DNA of 64,000 nucleotides from Polyangiaceae bacterium (GTDB lineage Bacteria; Myxococcota_A; Polyangia; Polyangiales; Polyangiaceae), in assembly GCA_035063585.1 (NCBI GenBank), contig JAPSGB010000008.1, positions 96,001 through 160,000 of the forward strand. Reading direction: 5' to 3'. A program made the position numbers and the translations under genes. The first letter of the stretch is position 1; each line of letters opens with the position of its first letter. Shown in pieces: positions 50,648 through 60,631 of this stretch. The notes beneath the pieces were generated by a model. It did no database searches, was not told the DNA's origin, and saw only the letters and a program-made list of their open reading frames with translations.

Positions 50648-50683
50648 GCGCGGAGCGGCTGGACCTCGGTCGTCGTCCGCCGA

Positions 50684-51796
50684 TCAAGGCTCGCCGTCGT
50701 CGCCGCCGAGCCCGAGCGCTTGCCGAGCCTCGCGAGCGACGTAGTCTCGGCAGGGGCGCTCGGCCGTCGGTGCGGGCATCGACGCGCAGAGCGTGCTCGC
50801 GCACGGCACATAGCGCGAGTCCGGCAGACCGCGAGCGAGCTCCCCGAGCGCGCGGCAGGCGGCCGCTTCGTCGCCCGCCTCGCGCGCGAGGAGCGCCTCG
50901 TTCCACAGCGCGTCGTCCCGAAGCAGGCTGGTCGGATGGTGCGTCCATACCGCGTGGAACGCGCGCCGGGCCGCCGCCGCGTCTTTCAAGCGATCTCGGT
51001 AGAGCACCGCGATGCGAAAGCGGGCGGGGGCGTAGCGCGGTCGCTCGTACGAGCCGTTCATCCCCGACGGCTCCTGCTCGGCGAGCATCCGCTCGAGCAC
51101 CGCGATGGCGGCCCGGTAGTCTCCGAGCTGCTCGTCGATGAGCGAGAGCTCCCAGAGCGAGTCGTCCCAGAGCGCTCCCGACGGATACGGGAATCGCTCC
51201 GCGACGTACTCGAAGCGCCGCTTGGCGTCGGCGAGCCTGCCCGCTGCTTCGAGGGCTCGCGCGTAGGCGTAGTGCGCTTGCTCGGCCATTTCGGTGCGGT
51301 CGAGGCGGGGGAGCCACCCGTCCAGCCACGCGAGCGCCGCCGAGGCGCCCCCCGAGTCCATCTTCCACGCCATGAGCCGCTGAAAGGCCGGCTTCGCGAG
51401 GCCGGAAGTCGGATAGCGCTCGACGAACGCCTGCAGCTTCGCGTAGCCCGCATCGGCCGAGCCGCGACGGATCTCGTCGAGCGCGAGCTCGAAGGCCGCG
51501 CGCGCGGCGCGGTCGCTCCGCGGCGCGTCCAGGATGAGCTGGCGGTAGAGCCCGGCGGCCTGCTCGTGCCGCCCCGCGCGGGTGTAGCTCGCGGCCGCGC
51601 GATAGGTCGCCTCGCGCTGGTCCCGTGGTGAGCCAGCGACCTTCGCCGCCTCGAGCCAGCGCTCGGCCGCCTCGTCGTAGCGCCCGGCGACGTAAGAGCG
51701 CTCCGCCGCCGAGCGCGCCTCGAGGTACGCGCGCGGCAGTGTCGGCGCGCAGCCGAGCGCGAGCGACACGGCGATGGCGATCCCGAGCGTCTTCAC
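50684..51796 (-). CDS. TPR-repeat lipoprotein (BamD/YbgF-like repeats)
   Basis: Lipobox ALGC; repeated YP.S/AP.S TPR turns. Confidence 0.8.
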   Translation of the reverse strand: MKTLGIAIAVSLALGCAPTLPRAYLEARSAAERSYVAGRYDEAAERWLEAAKVAGSPRDQREATYRAAASYTRAGRHEQAAGLYRQLILDAPRSDRAARAAFELALDEIRRGSADAGYAKLQAFVERYPTSGLAKPAFQRLMAWKMDSGGASAALAWLDGWLPRLDRTEMAEQAHYAYARALEAAGRLADAKRRFEYVAERFPYPSGALWDDSLWELSLIDEQLGDYRAAIAVLERMLAEQEPSGMNGSYERPRYAPARFRIAVLYRDRLKDAAAARRAFHAVWTHHPTSLLRDDALWNEALLAREAGDEAAACRALGELARGLPDSRYVPCASTLCASMPAPTAERPCRDYVAREARQALGLGGDDGEP

Positions 51797-52830
51797 CGCG
51801 CGCTCACCGCCTGGATGGCGTCGGCCAGCCGCTCGGCGCCCGCGCGGACCTCGTCGAGCGAGACGTCGAGGTGGGTCACCGCGCGGAGCGCGCGGGGCGC
51901 AATCGAGCTCACCAGGACCCCGCGCTCGCGCGCCGCCTCGATGACGGCGCTGGCGCTCGCGGTCTCGAGCACGACGTTCACGATGTTGGTCTCGACCGCC
52001 GCCTCGTCGACCCGCGCGCCGGCCGCGCTCGCGACGACGCTGGCGAAGTCGCGGGCCGCGCGGTGGTCGTCGGTCAGCCGCTCACGATGGTGGGTGAGCG
52101 CGTGGAGCGCGCCGGCGGCGAGGATACCCGCCTGGCGCATCCCGCCGCCCAGCATCTTGCGTAGCCGGCGCGCTTCGAGGATGAGCGGCGCGGGCCCAGC
52201 GAGCGCCGAGCCGACCGGCGCGCCGAGCCCCTTCGAGAAGCACACGTTCACCGTGTCGAACGGTCGGGCGAGCTCGGCCGGCTCGAGCCCGGTCGCGGCG
52301 GCCGCGTTCCACAGCCGCGCGCCGTCGAGGTGGAGCAAGAGCCCGCGCCGGCGCGCGGCGTCCGCGACCTCGCGCACCTGGACCTGCGGGAAGATCCGCC
52401 CCCCGGCCCGGTTGTGGGTGTTCTCGAGCATCACCAGGCGGCTCCGCGGCAGGTAGTACGCCTCCGGCCGAATCGCCGCCTCGAGCGCTTCCGCGCCGAA
52501 CAGACCCCCGCTCCCGGCCACCGCGAACTGGACGCCGCCGAGCGCTGCGCCCGCGCCCGACTCGAAATTGGCCGAGTGCGCGCCCTCGCCGACGATGACC
52601 TCGTCGCCCGGTCGCGTATGTAGGAGGATGGCGAGCTGGTTCCCCATGGTCCCGGACGACACGAAGAGCGCGCGCTCCATGCCGAGCAGCGCGGCGACGC
52701 GCTCCTCGAGCTGCCGGACGGTGGGATCCTCGCCGTAGACGTCGTCGCCGACCTCCGCGCTTGCCATCGCCTCCCGCATGGCGCGCGTCGGCCGGGTGAC
52801 GGTGTCGGAGCGGAGATCGATCGGGGTCAC
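51793..52830 (-). CDS. ltaE: Low-specificity L-threonine aldolase
   Basis: [40 protein letters not shown]. Confidence 0.95.
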   Translation of the reverse strand: MTPIDLRSDTVTRPTRAMREAMASAEVGDDVYGEDPTVRQLEERVAALLGMERALFVSSGTMGNQLAILLHTRPGDEVIVGEGAHSANFESGAGAALGGVQFAVAGSGGLFGAEALEAAIRPEAYYLPRSRLVMLENTHNRAGGRIFPQVQVREVADAARRRGLLLHLDGARLWNAAAATGLEPAELARPFDTVNVCFSKGLGAPVGSALAGPAPLILEARRLRKMLGGGMRQAGILAAGALHALTHHRERLTDDHRAARDFASVVASAAGARVDEAAVETNIVNVVLETASASAVIEAARERGVLVSSIAPRALRAVTHLDVSLDEVRAGAERLADAIQAVSAR

Positions 52831-53381
52831 GGGTGGCTCGGCCGTTTATACTCCGAGCGCGCGGAGAGCGCCGCGACGAAGAGCTCGTAGGCCACGACCT
52901 GCACCGCTTGCGCGAGGTTCACGCTCGGCTGATCTGCGGCCATCGGCACCCGGAGCCGCTCGTGACAGAGCGCGAGCTCGGCCTGGGAGAGCCCGGTCTT
53001 CTCGTTACCGAACACGAACGCGAGCTCCTGGCCGCGCTCCGCGCTCGCGATCGCGGAGACGGCGACCTCGCGGGGGCTGAGCACGCCCGACACGCCGCGG
53101 CGGGAGGTCGTCGCGTACGCCAGGTCGACGCCGTCGAGCGCCTCGGCCAGGTCGTCGCAGACCGGCGCGGCCTCGAGCACGTCTCGCGATTTTACCGCCA
53201 TCTTGAGCGCCATCTCGTGCGACGGGTGCGCGAGCCGCCCGGGCCGCACGAGCACGAGTCGCCCGAACCCCATGGTCTTCAGAGCCCGCGCCGCCGCGCC
53301 CACGTTCTCCGGATAGTGCGGTCGCGCGAGCACGAAGCGCGTGACACCGTGGACGGGCAGCGAGAGCGGAGCTTTGGCCAT
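52827..53381 (-). CDS. SPOUT RNA methyltransferase (TrmJ/TrmH family)
   Basis: [26 protein letters not shown]. Confidence 0.9.
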   Translation of the reverse strand: MAKAPLSLPVHGVTRFVLARPHYPENVGAAARALKTMGFGRLVLVRPGRLAHPSHEMALKMAVKSRDVLEAAPVCDDLAEALDGVDLAYATTSRRGVSGVLSPREVAVSAIASAERGQELAFVFGNEKTGLSQAELALCHERLRVPMAADQPSVNLAQAVQVVAYELFVAALSARSEYKRPSHP

Positions 53382-53402
53382 GCGGGTGAGCGGGAGGGGT
53401 CT

Positions 53403-54338
53403 TCACGGCGCGGCCGGCGACCGGCGCGACGCGGAGCGCGCGCAGCGGAAGCCGATGGTCGGGCGCCGGAGGCTCGGATCGACGGCGCCGCGCGCGGCTC
53501 CACGGAGCCACGGTACCCCGCTCTCGTAGCTGCCTCCGCGCACCACCCGCTCTCCGCCGCCGCCGGTCGCGGCGCTCGGGCCGCCCGGATCGGTCGCTGG
53601 CTCGGGCGGGTAGGGGCTCGCGTAGCGGTCCTCGACCCACTCGGCCACGTTACCCGCGAGATCGAGGAAGCCCTCCGGCGTCTTTCCGGCCGGGAAGGAG
53701 CCCACCGGCGCGAGCTCCGCGAAGCCGTCGCGCAGGTCGGTCGGAGCCCAGCCGAGCCTGCCATGGTTCGAGACGCGGGAGTTGTAGATGTTTCCCCATG
53801 GAAAACGCCGTCCCTCGACGCCGCGCGCGGCGCGCTCCCACTCCGCCTCGGTCGGCAGTCGGGCGCCGCGGAAGCGGCAGTACGCCCGGGCGTCGTCCCA
53901 GCTCACGAAGGTGACCGGGTAGTCTTCGCGCGCGAACCTCAGCTTGCCTGCTGCGTAGTCGATCGCGCGGCAACGCCCGAGCTTCACGCAGCGAGCGTAG
54001 TCGCGGACGGTGACCTCGGTCCGGTCGAGCCAGTACGCCGACAGGAGAACCGGGTGGGCCGACATTTCATCGGAGAAGAGCAACTGACTACAGCGCAGGT
54101 GATCGCCGAGCGGCTCGCGCGTGCAGTCGAGCACCGCTCCCAGCACCTCGAGGGGCGTCGAGCCCATGACGAAGCGCGAGGCCGGCACGCGAACCATCTC
54201 CGAGCCTGGCGCGCGAAGGTAGACGAGCCCTCCGGTGAGCGCGCGCTCGAGGGGCGCGGGTGCCGGCTGCCAGGAGTCGAAGCGCGCGGGCGGGCCACCC
54301 GCCCGCGCCTCGACTCCCGGGACCACCGCGAGGAGCAC
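53403..54338 (-). CDS. FGE-sulfatase (SUMF1/EgtB/PvdO) domain protein
   Basis: FVMGS, TEVT, PV..VSW.DA, RLPTEAEWE, GNVAEW, RGGS, IGFRCA; lacks the FGE catalytic Cys pair. Confidence 0.9.
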   Translation of the reverse strand: MLLAVVPGVEARAGGPPARFDSWQPAPAPLERALTGGLVYLRAPGSEMVRVPASRFVMGSTPLEVLGAVLDCTREPLGDHLRCSQLLFSDEMSAHPVLLSAYWLDRTEVTVRDYARCVKLGRCRAIDYAAGKLRFAREDYPVTFVSWDDARAYCRFRGARLPTEAEWERAARGVEGRRFPWGNIYNSRVSNHGRLGWAPTDLRDGFAELAPVGSFPAGKTPEGFLDLAGNVAEWVEDRYASPYPPEPATDPGGPSAATGGGGERVVRGGSYESGVPWLRGAARGAVDPSLRRPTIGFRCARSASRRSPAAP

Positions 54339-54422
54339 CGCGAGCGCCGCGCCGCCCGTGAAGGTGGCGGCGCGGTTCGAGGAGCCTCGCGTGGTCGAAC
54401 GGGTCGTGAGACTACCGATCCG

Positions 54423-55145
54423 TCACTGGCACTGCGTGCCGCAGGTCCCCTGCACGCACTGTCCGATGGCGTTGTAGGCGTCCACGGTGGCCTGCGCGGT
54501 CACGCACTGGCCGCAGTTCTGCTGCACGCAGGTGTTGAACTGATCCTGATCGGTGATCGAGGCGCAGTTCTGGTTGACGCAAGCGAACAGACCGCCGCAC
54601 TCGGTCGAGCCGAGACACGCATCGATCTGGGTGCAACAGCTCGAATGTATGCACTGGTCGCACGTTTCCTTGCCGGTGCCGACCGCGGAGCACGGCTGAC
54701 CCGCGAGCGGGTTGGTGCAGGTGCCGCCGCTCGCGCCGCCGGTGCCCGGCGCGCCGCCGGTGCCCGGCGCGCCGCCGGTGCCCGAGGCGCCGCACTGGGT
54801 CGCGCAGGTGCTCGCGTCGCCGCCCTGGCAGGTGCACTGCTCATAGCAGGTGGCGCAGCCGGTACAGTTCGGCGCCTGCGTGCAGCTGCCCGCATTCGAC
54901 CCTCCGGTGCCCGACTGCGACGCGCAGTAGGTGGCGCACTGGGTCGCGTCCCCGCCCGCGCACTGGCACTGATCGTTGCAGGTGCCGCACTGGCTGCAGT
55001 CCGCGTTGATCGTGCAGCCCGGGGTGCCGAGCGTCGCCCCATTGCCGCCCTTGTTACCGCTGGTGGACGCGCAAGCGGCGATGAACGACGCAGTCGCGAG
55101 CGCCGCGACGACGAACAGAGAACCCACTCCAAGACGATTGGTCAT
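54423..55145 (-). CDS. Cysteine-rich lipoprotein
   Basis: GAGGAG RBS; lipobox IAAC; 33 Cys in 240 aa; GTGGAP linker repeats. Confidence 0.85.
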   Translation of the reverse strand: MTNRLGVGSLFVVAALATASFIAACASTSGNKGGNGATLGTPGCTINADCSQCGTCNDQCQCAGGDATQCATYCASQSGTGGSNAGSCTQAPNCTGCATCYEQCTCQGGDASTCATQCGASGTGGAPGTGGAPGTGGASGGTCTNPLAGQPCSAVGTGKETCDQCIHSSCCTQIDACLGSTECGGLFACVNQNCASITDQDQFNTCVQQNCGQCVTAQATVDAYNAIGQCVQGTCGTQCQ

Positions 55146-55586
55146 GAACCCTACTCCTCTGATTGATCCCGACGTCGAGCCGCGCGTTTAGAGGAATGAC
55201 GGCTCGCGCGGTCGGGGCGCGGAGCCGCTCGGTGGATAGTGACGGGCGGCGGAGCGTCTCCGACACCCGCTGGAGCTCCCGTCATGAGCTCGTGGAAAGA
55301 GCGTCCCGTCACGGGTCACCACCCGTGCTGCCGGAGGTCGAGCCGAGGCTCGCGTCAGACCCCTCGTCAGCCTCGCTCCAGCCGCGCGCAGCGTGAACCG
55401 CCGCGGGGCTCGCGACCGACGAGAAGAGTGACTGGAGCTTCATTTCGGGTCTTCGCACGTCTGCTCGCGAGCGCCGCGAGCGCGAGGCGCGCGGCGGCGT
55501 GCATCGTATGAGGCCCACCGTCTACTTTCACGCGAGCGCGTGGTCAAGCGAGCGAGTCGCCCGTCCTAGCCGCTCGGTTCGCTCGG

Positions 55587-56870
55587 TCAGCGCAGAATTC
55601 CAGCGTCGCTTTCGTTCTCTGCCCGAGATGGAAGCAGCGAACCGGCGGAGGCCTCCGCGCCCGCTTCGGAAGCTGCGCCCGCATCGCTCGACCCGTCGGG
55701 TTCGCCGTCGTCGCTCCCCCGGCCACTCGTCGGCGGCGCTGCTGAAACGTGGCGCGGTCGGCGCGGTGGCGGGGGAGCGGCGCGGGAGGGGTGCGGGGCG
55801 CTCGAGCCGGATGACGAGGTCTCGCTCTCGCTCGGGGCCTGGGCGTCGAGTCGCTCCAGGCGCTCCTGAAGCCGGAGCCCTGCGAACACGAGCAGCGCAC
55901 CGACCCCCGCGCCGACGATGGCGAAGCCGAGCCCGCGACGCTCGCCCCCGTGGCGCAGCTCGGACTCGCGCTCCTCGCGGCGCTGGTCGGGCAGGGTCGG
56001 GAGCCTGGCGCGAGGCGCTACCTCGAGCGCCTCTGCGAGCGCACGGCCAAACTCCTCGCAGCTCGCGAAACGCGCGCGCGGGTTCTTCGAGAGCGCGCGC
56101 GCAAACACCGTGTCCACGTGTTCGTCCAGGCCGCAGAGCGCGGCGATGCGTGGTGGCTCGTCGGTAGTGACCCGCGTGGCGACCGCGATCGCGTCGTCAC
56201 CGGGGAAGGCGCGCCGGCCGGAGAGCGCCTCCCAGAGCGTCGCGGCCATCGAGAACTGGTCGCTGAGGGGCGAGAAATTGCCGCCGGTGACGGACTCGGG
56301 GGCGCTATACGCCGGCGTGCCGAGCAGCCCGCCGTCGCGGGTGAGCGTGGAGTCCGGGACGCGCGCGATGCCAAAGTCAGCGATTTTTGCCCCGGTGCTC
56401 GCGAGGATCACGTTCTCGGGCTTGATGTCGCGGTGGAGCACCCCCGCCCCGTGGGCGGTGGTGAGCGCGCCGCCAATCTCTCGGGCGAACCGCGCGGCGA
56501 GCTCCGCGCCCAGGTGGCCGCCGAGGAGGCGCTCCTTCAGGGTTGGCCCCTCGACGTACTCGAACACCAAGAACAGCCCGAGCTCCCCGTCCTCGCCCAT
56601 GTCGTGGAGCGCGACCAGGTTCGGATGGCTCACGCGCGCCGCGGCGCGCGCCTCGTGCCGCATCCGGTCGATGAGCGCCTGGCGTTGCTCAGGAGGGATC
56701 GCGAGGTCGTCACGGAGCAGCTTCACCGCGACGTCGCGGTCGAGGACGGGATCATGGGCGAGCAGGACGCGGCCCATCGCGCCCTGCCCGAGCCGGCGCA
56801 CGACACGATATCGGCCGATGGCCTCGGGAAGGGCGCGCTCCTTGGGGGTCATCTCGGAGGGGAGCCCCAT
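55587..56870 (-). CDS. Membrane Ser/Thr protein kinase
   Basis: GQGAMG, VAVK, HRDIKPEN, DFG, YSAPE; TM near the C-terminus. Confidence 0.93.
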   Translation of the reverse strand: MGLPSEMTPKERALPEAIGRYRVVRRLGQGAMGRVLLAHDPVLDRDVAVKLLRDDLAIPPEQRQALIDRMRHEARAAARVSHPNLVALHDMGEDGELGLFLVFEYVEGPTLKERLLGGHLGAELAARFAREIGGALTTAHGAGVLHRDIKPENVILASTGAKIADFGIARVPDSTLTRDGGLLGTPAYSAPESVTGGNFSPLSDQFSMAATLWEALSGRRAFPGDDAIAVATRVTTDEPPRIAALCGLDEHVDTVFARALSKNPRARFASCEEFGRALAEALEVAPRARLPTLPDQRREERESELRHGGERRGLGFAIVGAGVGALLVFAGLRLQERLERLDAQAPSESETSSSGSSAPHPSRAAPPPPRRPRHVSAAPPTSGRGSDDGEPDGSSDAGAASEAGAEASAGSLLPSRAENESDAGILR

Positions 56871-56969
56871 CTCTATCGCCTCGATCGGAGCGTGCCAACC
56901 CGGACCCGAGCGAGCTGCAACGAATTTACCGGATCGCGCCCCCGCAGGGCGAGCCCCCGTCGCTCGCGG

Positions 56970-57410
56970 TCAGTCGGTCCCCGCGTCAGACGGCGGGGCC
57001 GGAGCGGGCTTGGGAGTCGCGGGGCGCTTGGCGGGCGGCGCCCCGTACTCGTCTCTGAGCTTTCTCAGGAGCCCATCGCGCAGCACGACCTCATGATACT
57101 CGGGCATCTTCGGGAGCTGCACGTACACCTTCACGGTGTCCTTCACCTGGACGATTTCGAATGCGCCTTCGGTGGCCGTCTTCCGCCCGGGCTGCGCGTA
57201 CTTGAAGAGGAGGTAACCCGCGTCGGCGTCCTTCTCGACGACCTCGTAGCCGAGGTCCACGCGGACGTAGCGGAGCGCCGCGTTGAAAGTTTGAGCGCGA
57301 GAATAGGGCGAGTCTCCTTCGACTCGCGCCTCGGCGGCGCGCGCGCCGAAGAGGGCCCCCGCGGCGAGGGCGAGCACCCCGGCGGCGAGCGCGATTCGAA
57401 GCCGTCGCAT
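56970..57410 (-). CDS. Exported hypothetical protein
   Basis: Start re-picked at MRRLRIAL; signal peptide AEA|R. Confidence 0.7.
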   Translation of the reverse strand: MRRLRIALAAGVLALAAGALFGARAAEARVEGDSPYSRAQTFNAALRYVRVDLGYEVVEKDADAGYLLFKYAQPGRKTATEGAFEIVQVKDTVKVYVQLPKMPEYHEVVLRDGLLRKLRDEYGAPPAKRPATPKPAPAPPSDAGTD

Positions 57411-57461
57411 GGCGGGAAGGTGGCGCGCGCGCGCGCGGCCGGGCAAGTTATTGGGGCCCGC

Positions 57462-58598
57462 TCAGCCGGCGCCGCCCTCCGGAGCGCCCGGAGCGAGCCT
57501 CGAACGGGTAGCGGCGAGCGCGCCGGAGACGCTCTCGCGCTCGACGAGCAGGGCCGCGGCCCCGAACCCGAGCGAGATCGCGACCTGCACCAGATAGACG
57601 ATGAACACGAACGCCGCGCCGGGCCCGGTGACCAACGTGGGCTCGAAGTACATCGCGAAGCCTGCGTAGACCGAGATCTGGAAGGCGCCGAAGAACCCCG
57701 GCGCGTTCGGCAGGAGGATGCCGAGCGCGAGCACCCCCACGCACGCCGCTGCCTGCCAGAACGACATGGTGTCGAAGCCGCAGGCCCAGGCTAGAAACCA
57801 GGTCGCGGCCGCGTTCGACAGCCAGTACGCGAGGGTGAGCCCGACGAAGGGGATGGCATATCGGAGCCGCGGCAGGAAGCCGAGCCCGTCGGCCACCTGT
57901 TCGACGCGATCGGCGAGCCAGCGCGCGAGCCGCTCGGAGACGAGCCCGACGACGCGCTCGGACACGCGCCGAGCCCATGCTCGCCGCCAGTAGAAGAGCG
58001 CCATCACGAGGAAGGCCGCGGCGAAGACCGCGAGCGCGGTGTACGCGGCGCCGGGCACGACCGCGACCGGCACCGGGAGCTCTCCGATGCGGTCGGGCAG
58101 CGGATCGAGCGGTCGCGCGAGCCGAAGCGCGATGAAGAGCAGCACGCTGAGGCAGAGCCCGTCGATGACGCGCTCGGCGGCGACCGTGCCGGTCGCCACC
58201 CACGCGGACAGGTGGCCGCGGCGGCGGATGAGGACCGGGCGGACGACCTCGCCGGTGCGAAACGGTAGGAGCACGATGGCGGCGAAGCCGATCAGCGCCA
58301 CCCGGGTGACCCGGCCGAGTGGGACCGGTCGTACGGGCGCGATGAGGAGCCACCAACGTCCGGCGCGCACCACGTGGATCACGCACCAGAGCCCGAAGTA
58401 CACGGCGACGGCCCACCAGCGGACGCGCGCGAACGCGCTCGCCGGCGGGACCAGCGGCAGCGCCCCTGCATGCAAGAGCCAGGCGAAACCGCCGGCGATG
58501 GCGAGCGACGCCACGAGCTCGACCCGTCGGCGGCGGAGCCAGCTTCCGCGCTCGCGCGGCGCGGTGTCCTCGTTCGGGGCGGGGGCCGGTGCGCTCAT
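57462..58598 (-). CDS. LPG-synthase TM (UPF0104) flippase-like membrane protein
   Basis: R..RW..L, LP.R.GE..R, ER..DG, P..PG..G.F. Confidence 0.85.
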   Translation of the reverse strand: MSAPAPAPNEDTAPRERGSWLRRRRVELVASLAIAGGFAWLLHAGALPLVPPASAFARVRWWAVAVYFGLWCVIHVVRAGRWWLLIAPVRPVPLGRVTRVALIGFAAIVLLPFRTGEVVRPVLIRRRGHLSAWVATGTVAAERVIDGLCLSVLLFIALRLARPLDPLPDRIGELPVPVAVVPGAAYTALAVFAAAFLVMALFYWRRAWARRVSERVVGLVSERLARWLADRVEQVADGLGFLPRLRYAIPFVGLTLAYWLSNAAATWFLAWACGFDTMSFWQAAACVGVLALGILLPNAPGFFGAFQISVYAGFAMYFEPTLVTGPGAAFVFIVYLVQVAISLGFGAAALLVERESVSGALAATRSRLAPGAPEGGAG

Positions 58599-59320
58599 CG
58601 AGGCGCTCGCCCTGCGAGCATCTCGCGCGGTCCCGTTCGAAACAGGAAATCGAGCTCTTCCGGGCCATAGCGCTTCTCGATGTAGCGCAGCCCCTCGGCG
58701 ACCTGCGCCACGTCGCTCGGTCGGTGCGCGTCGCTGCAGGCGGCGTGGTAGAGGCCGCGCTCGAGGAGCTCCTCGGCCGCGCGGCGGGGTCGGCGCCCGT
58801 ATTTCCCGGCGAACGCAGCGGCGTCGAGGAGCGCCGTGGCGCCCTGGTCGATGAGCCGCTCGAGCGCCCCGGGGTCGCGCCAAACCACCTGATATCGCTC
58901 CGGGTGCGCGATGACCGGTAGGAGTCCGCGGCGCCGCAAGTCGAGCAGTCGATGCTCGAGCATCGCAGGGAAGCCGAGCTCGTAGAACTCGAGCAGGACC
59001 GCGTGGTCACCGGGGTAGGGGAGCCCCTCACCCGACATCAGCCGAGCGAAGACGACGTCGTCGAAGTAGTGCTCGCTCGACAGCGCGACCTCGGGCACCG
59101 CCTCGGCGCGCGCGACGTCGGCTCGAGTGCGCTCGAAGGCGGCGACCAGGTCGTGTCGCTCATTGTCGAACATCCCGGGCCGCATGTGGGGAGTCGCCAC
59201 CACCGTGTCGAAGCCGAGCGCGTGAAGCGCGCGCAGCATCTCGAGCCCTTCGTCGATGGAGCGGGCGCCGTCGTCGATGCCGGGGACCCAGTGACAGTGG
59301 AGATCGACCATCCCGCGCAT
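58595..59320 (-). CDS. CpsB/YwqE-type PHP protein-tyrosine phosphatase
   Basis: DLHCH..PGIDDG, ATPH, IAHPERY, SDAH. Confidence 0.93.
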   Translation of the reverse strand: MRGMVDLHCHWVPGIDDGARSIDEGLEMLRALHALGFDTVVATPHMRPGMFDNERHDLVAAFERTRADVARAEAVPEVALSSEHYFDDVVFARLMSGEGLPYPGDHAVLLEFYELGFPAMLEHRLLDLRRRGLLPVIAHPERYQVVWRDPGALERLIDQGATALLDAAAFAGKYGRRPRRAAEELLERGLYHAACSDAHRPSDVAQVAEGLRYIEKRYGPEELDFLFRTGPREMLAGRAPR

Positions 59321-59461
59321 CGCGCGCCTTCTATAGCGCGCAAAGCGCCGGTCACGCACGCTCGCTGTCGGCGAGCGTGACCGCTCCGGAGCCACGGCTG
59401 CGAATTGGCTCCGAGAGCGGCTCGCGCCGTGCTATGCGGGCGGGCGTTTCGGCTGCCATCG

Positions 59462-60622
59462 ATGTCTCCCGCGTCGCTGCTTTCACTCATCGAGTCCCGT
59501 CGCGTCATCCTCTGCGTCGGCAGCGGCGGCGTGGGAAAGACCACGGTGAGCGCCGCGATCGGGCTCGCCGCCGCCCGGCGCGGCAAGAACGTGCTCTGCC
59601 TCACCATCGATCCGGCCCGCCGCCTCGCCAACAGCCTCGGGCTGAAGCGCATGACCGCCGAGGCCCAGCGCGTGGAGCCGGAGCGCTTCCGCCAAGCGGG
59701 GCTCGAGGTCTCGGGCAGCCTCACCGTGATGATGCTCGACACCAAGCGGACCTTCGACGACCTCGTCATCCGTCATGCGTCGAGCCCCGAGGCGCGCGAC
59801 CGCATCCTCGACAATCGCCTCTATCAATACGTCTCGACCAGCCTCGCCGGAACCCAGGAGTACATGGCGATGGAGAAGCTCCTCGCCGTGAAGGAGGACT
59901 CGAGCTACGACCTCATCGTCCTCGACACGCCGCCGACCAGCAACGCGCTCGACTTCCTCGACGCTCCCGAGCGGCTGATCCAGGCGCTCGACAGCGTCGC
60001 GATGCGCTGGTTCATCCAAGCCTTCGAGTCGAGCCGGCGGTTCAGCCTGAACCTCGTCGCGAAGAGCGTCGCGGTGGTGCTGAAGGGGATCGGGCGCCTC
60101 ACCGGCGGCGGGTTCCTCGAGCAGATGGCGGAGTTCATCACCGAGCTAAATGACCTCTTTGGAGGCTTCAAGGAGCGCGCGACCGCGGTGTCCAAGGCGT
60201 TCCGCGGCCCGGACTTCGGCTATGTGCTGGTCACGACTCCGGCTCCGCTCGCGATCCGCGAGGTCCTATTCTTCGCCGAGCGGCTCGTCTCCCAAGGGAT
60301 GCGCCGCGACGCCTTCGTGGTCAACCGCGTGCACCGCAAGCCGCGCTTCGCGCCGACCTCTGCCGAGATCTCCGCGTCGCTCGCGCGCCACCACGTCGAC
60401 CTCGGGGAGAGCGGCGCCGCGCGGCTCTCGCGCGCGGTGACCGATGAGCTCGAGATGGCAGAGGCGGACGCCGAGCGACTCGGAGAGCTCGCCGCCGCGC
60501 TGCGCGGTTCCGCGCCGGGCCAACCCACTCCCGTCCGGATCGACATCCCGGCGTTGCCGAGCGACGTGCACGATCTGGGGACGCTCGGCGGCGTCGCGTC
60601 GCTGCTCTGCCCGAGCGGCTGA
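59462..60622 (+). CDS. ArsA/Get3-like ATPase
   Basis: GSGGVGKTT, TIDPARRLA, EYMAMEKL, DTPP, VVNR. Confidence 0.9.
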   Translation: MSPASLLSLIESRRVILCVGSGGVGKTTVSAAIGLAAARRGKNVLCLTIDPARRLANSLGLKRMTAEAQRVEPERFRQAGLEVSGSLTVMMLDTKRTFDDLVIRHASSPEARDRILDNRLYQYVSTSLAGTQEYMAMEKLLAVKEDSSYDLIVLDTPPTSNALDFLDAPERLIQALDSVAMRWFIQAFESSRRFSLNLVAKSVAVVLKGIGRLTGGGFLEQMAEFITELNDLFGGFKERATAVSKAFRGPDFGYVLVTTPAPLAIREVLFFAERLVSQGMRRDAFVVNRVHRKPRFAPTSAEISASLARHHVDLGESGAARLSRAVTDELEMAEADAERLGELAAALRGSAPGQPTPVRIDIPALPSDVHDLGTLGGVASLLCPSG

Positions 60623-60631
60623 GCGTGCGGG

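Noticed and set aside
53403..54338. Active formylglycine-generating enzyme
   Set aside because: The catalytic Cys pair after RGGS is absent and there is no sulfatase neighbour
54800..55020. CxxCxxCxxxC ferredoxin-like spacing in the Cys-rich lipoprotein (and CDQCIH further along the protein)
   Set aside because: No following Pro, exported lipoprotein context and even Cys count per module favour disulfides; CxxCxH is not a heme c CxxCH motif
59462..60622. Arsenic resistance call for the ArsA-like gene
   Set aside because: No arsB/acr3/arsC/arsR/arsD nearby and a single-domain architecture
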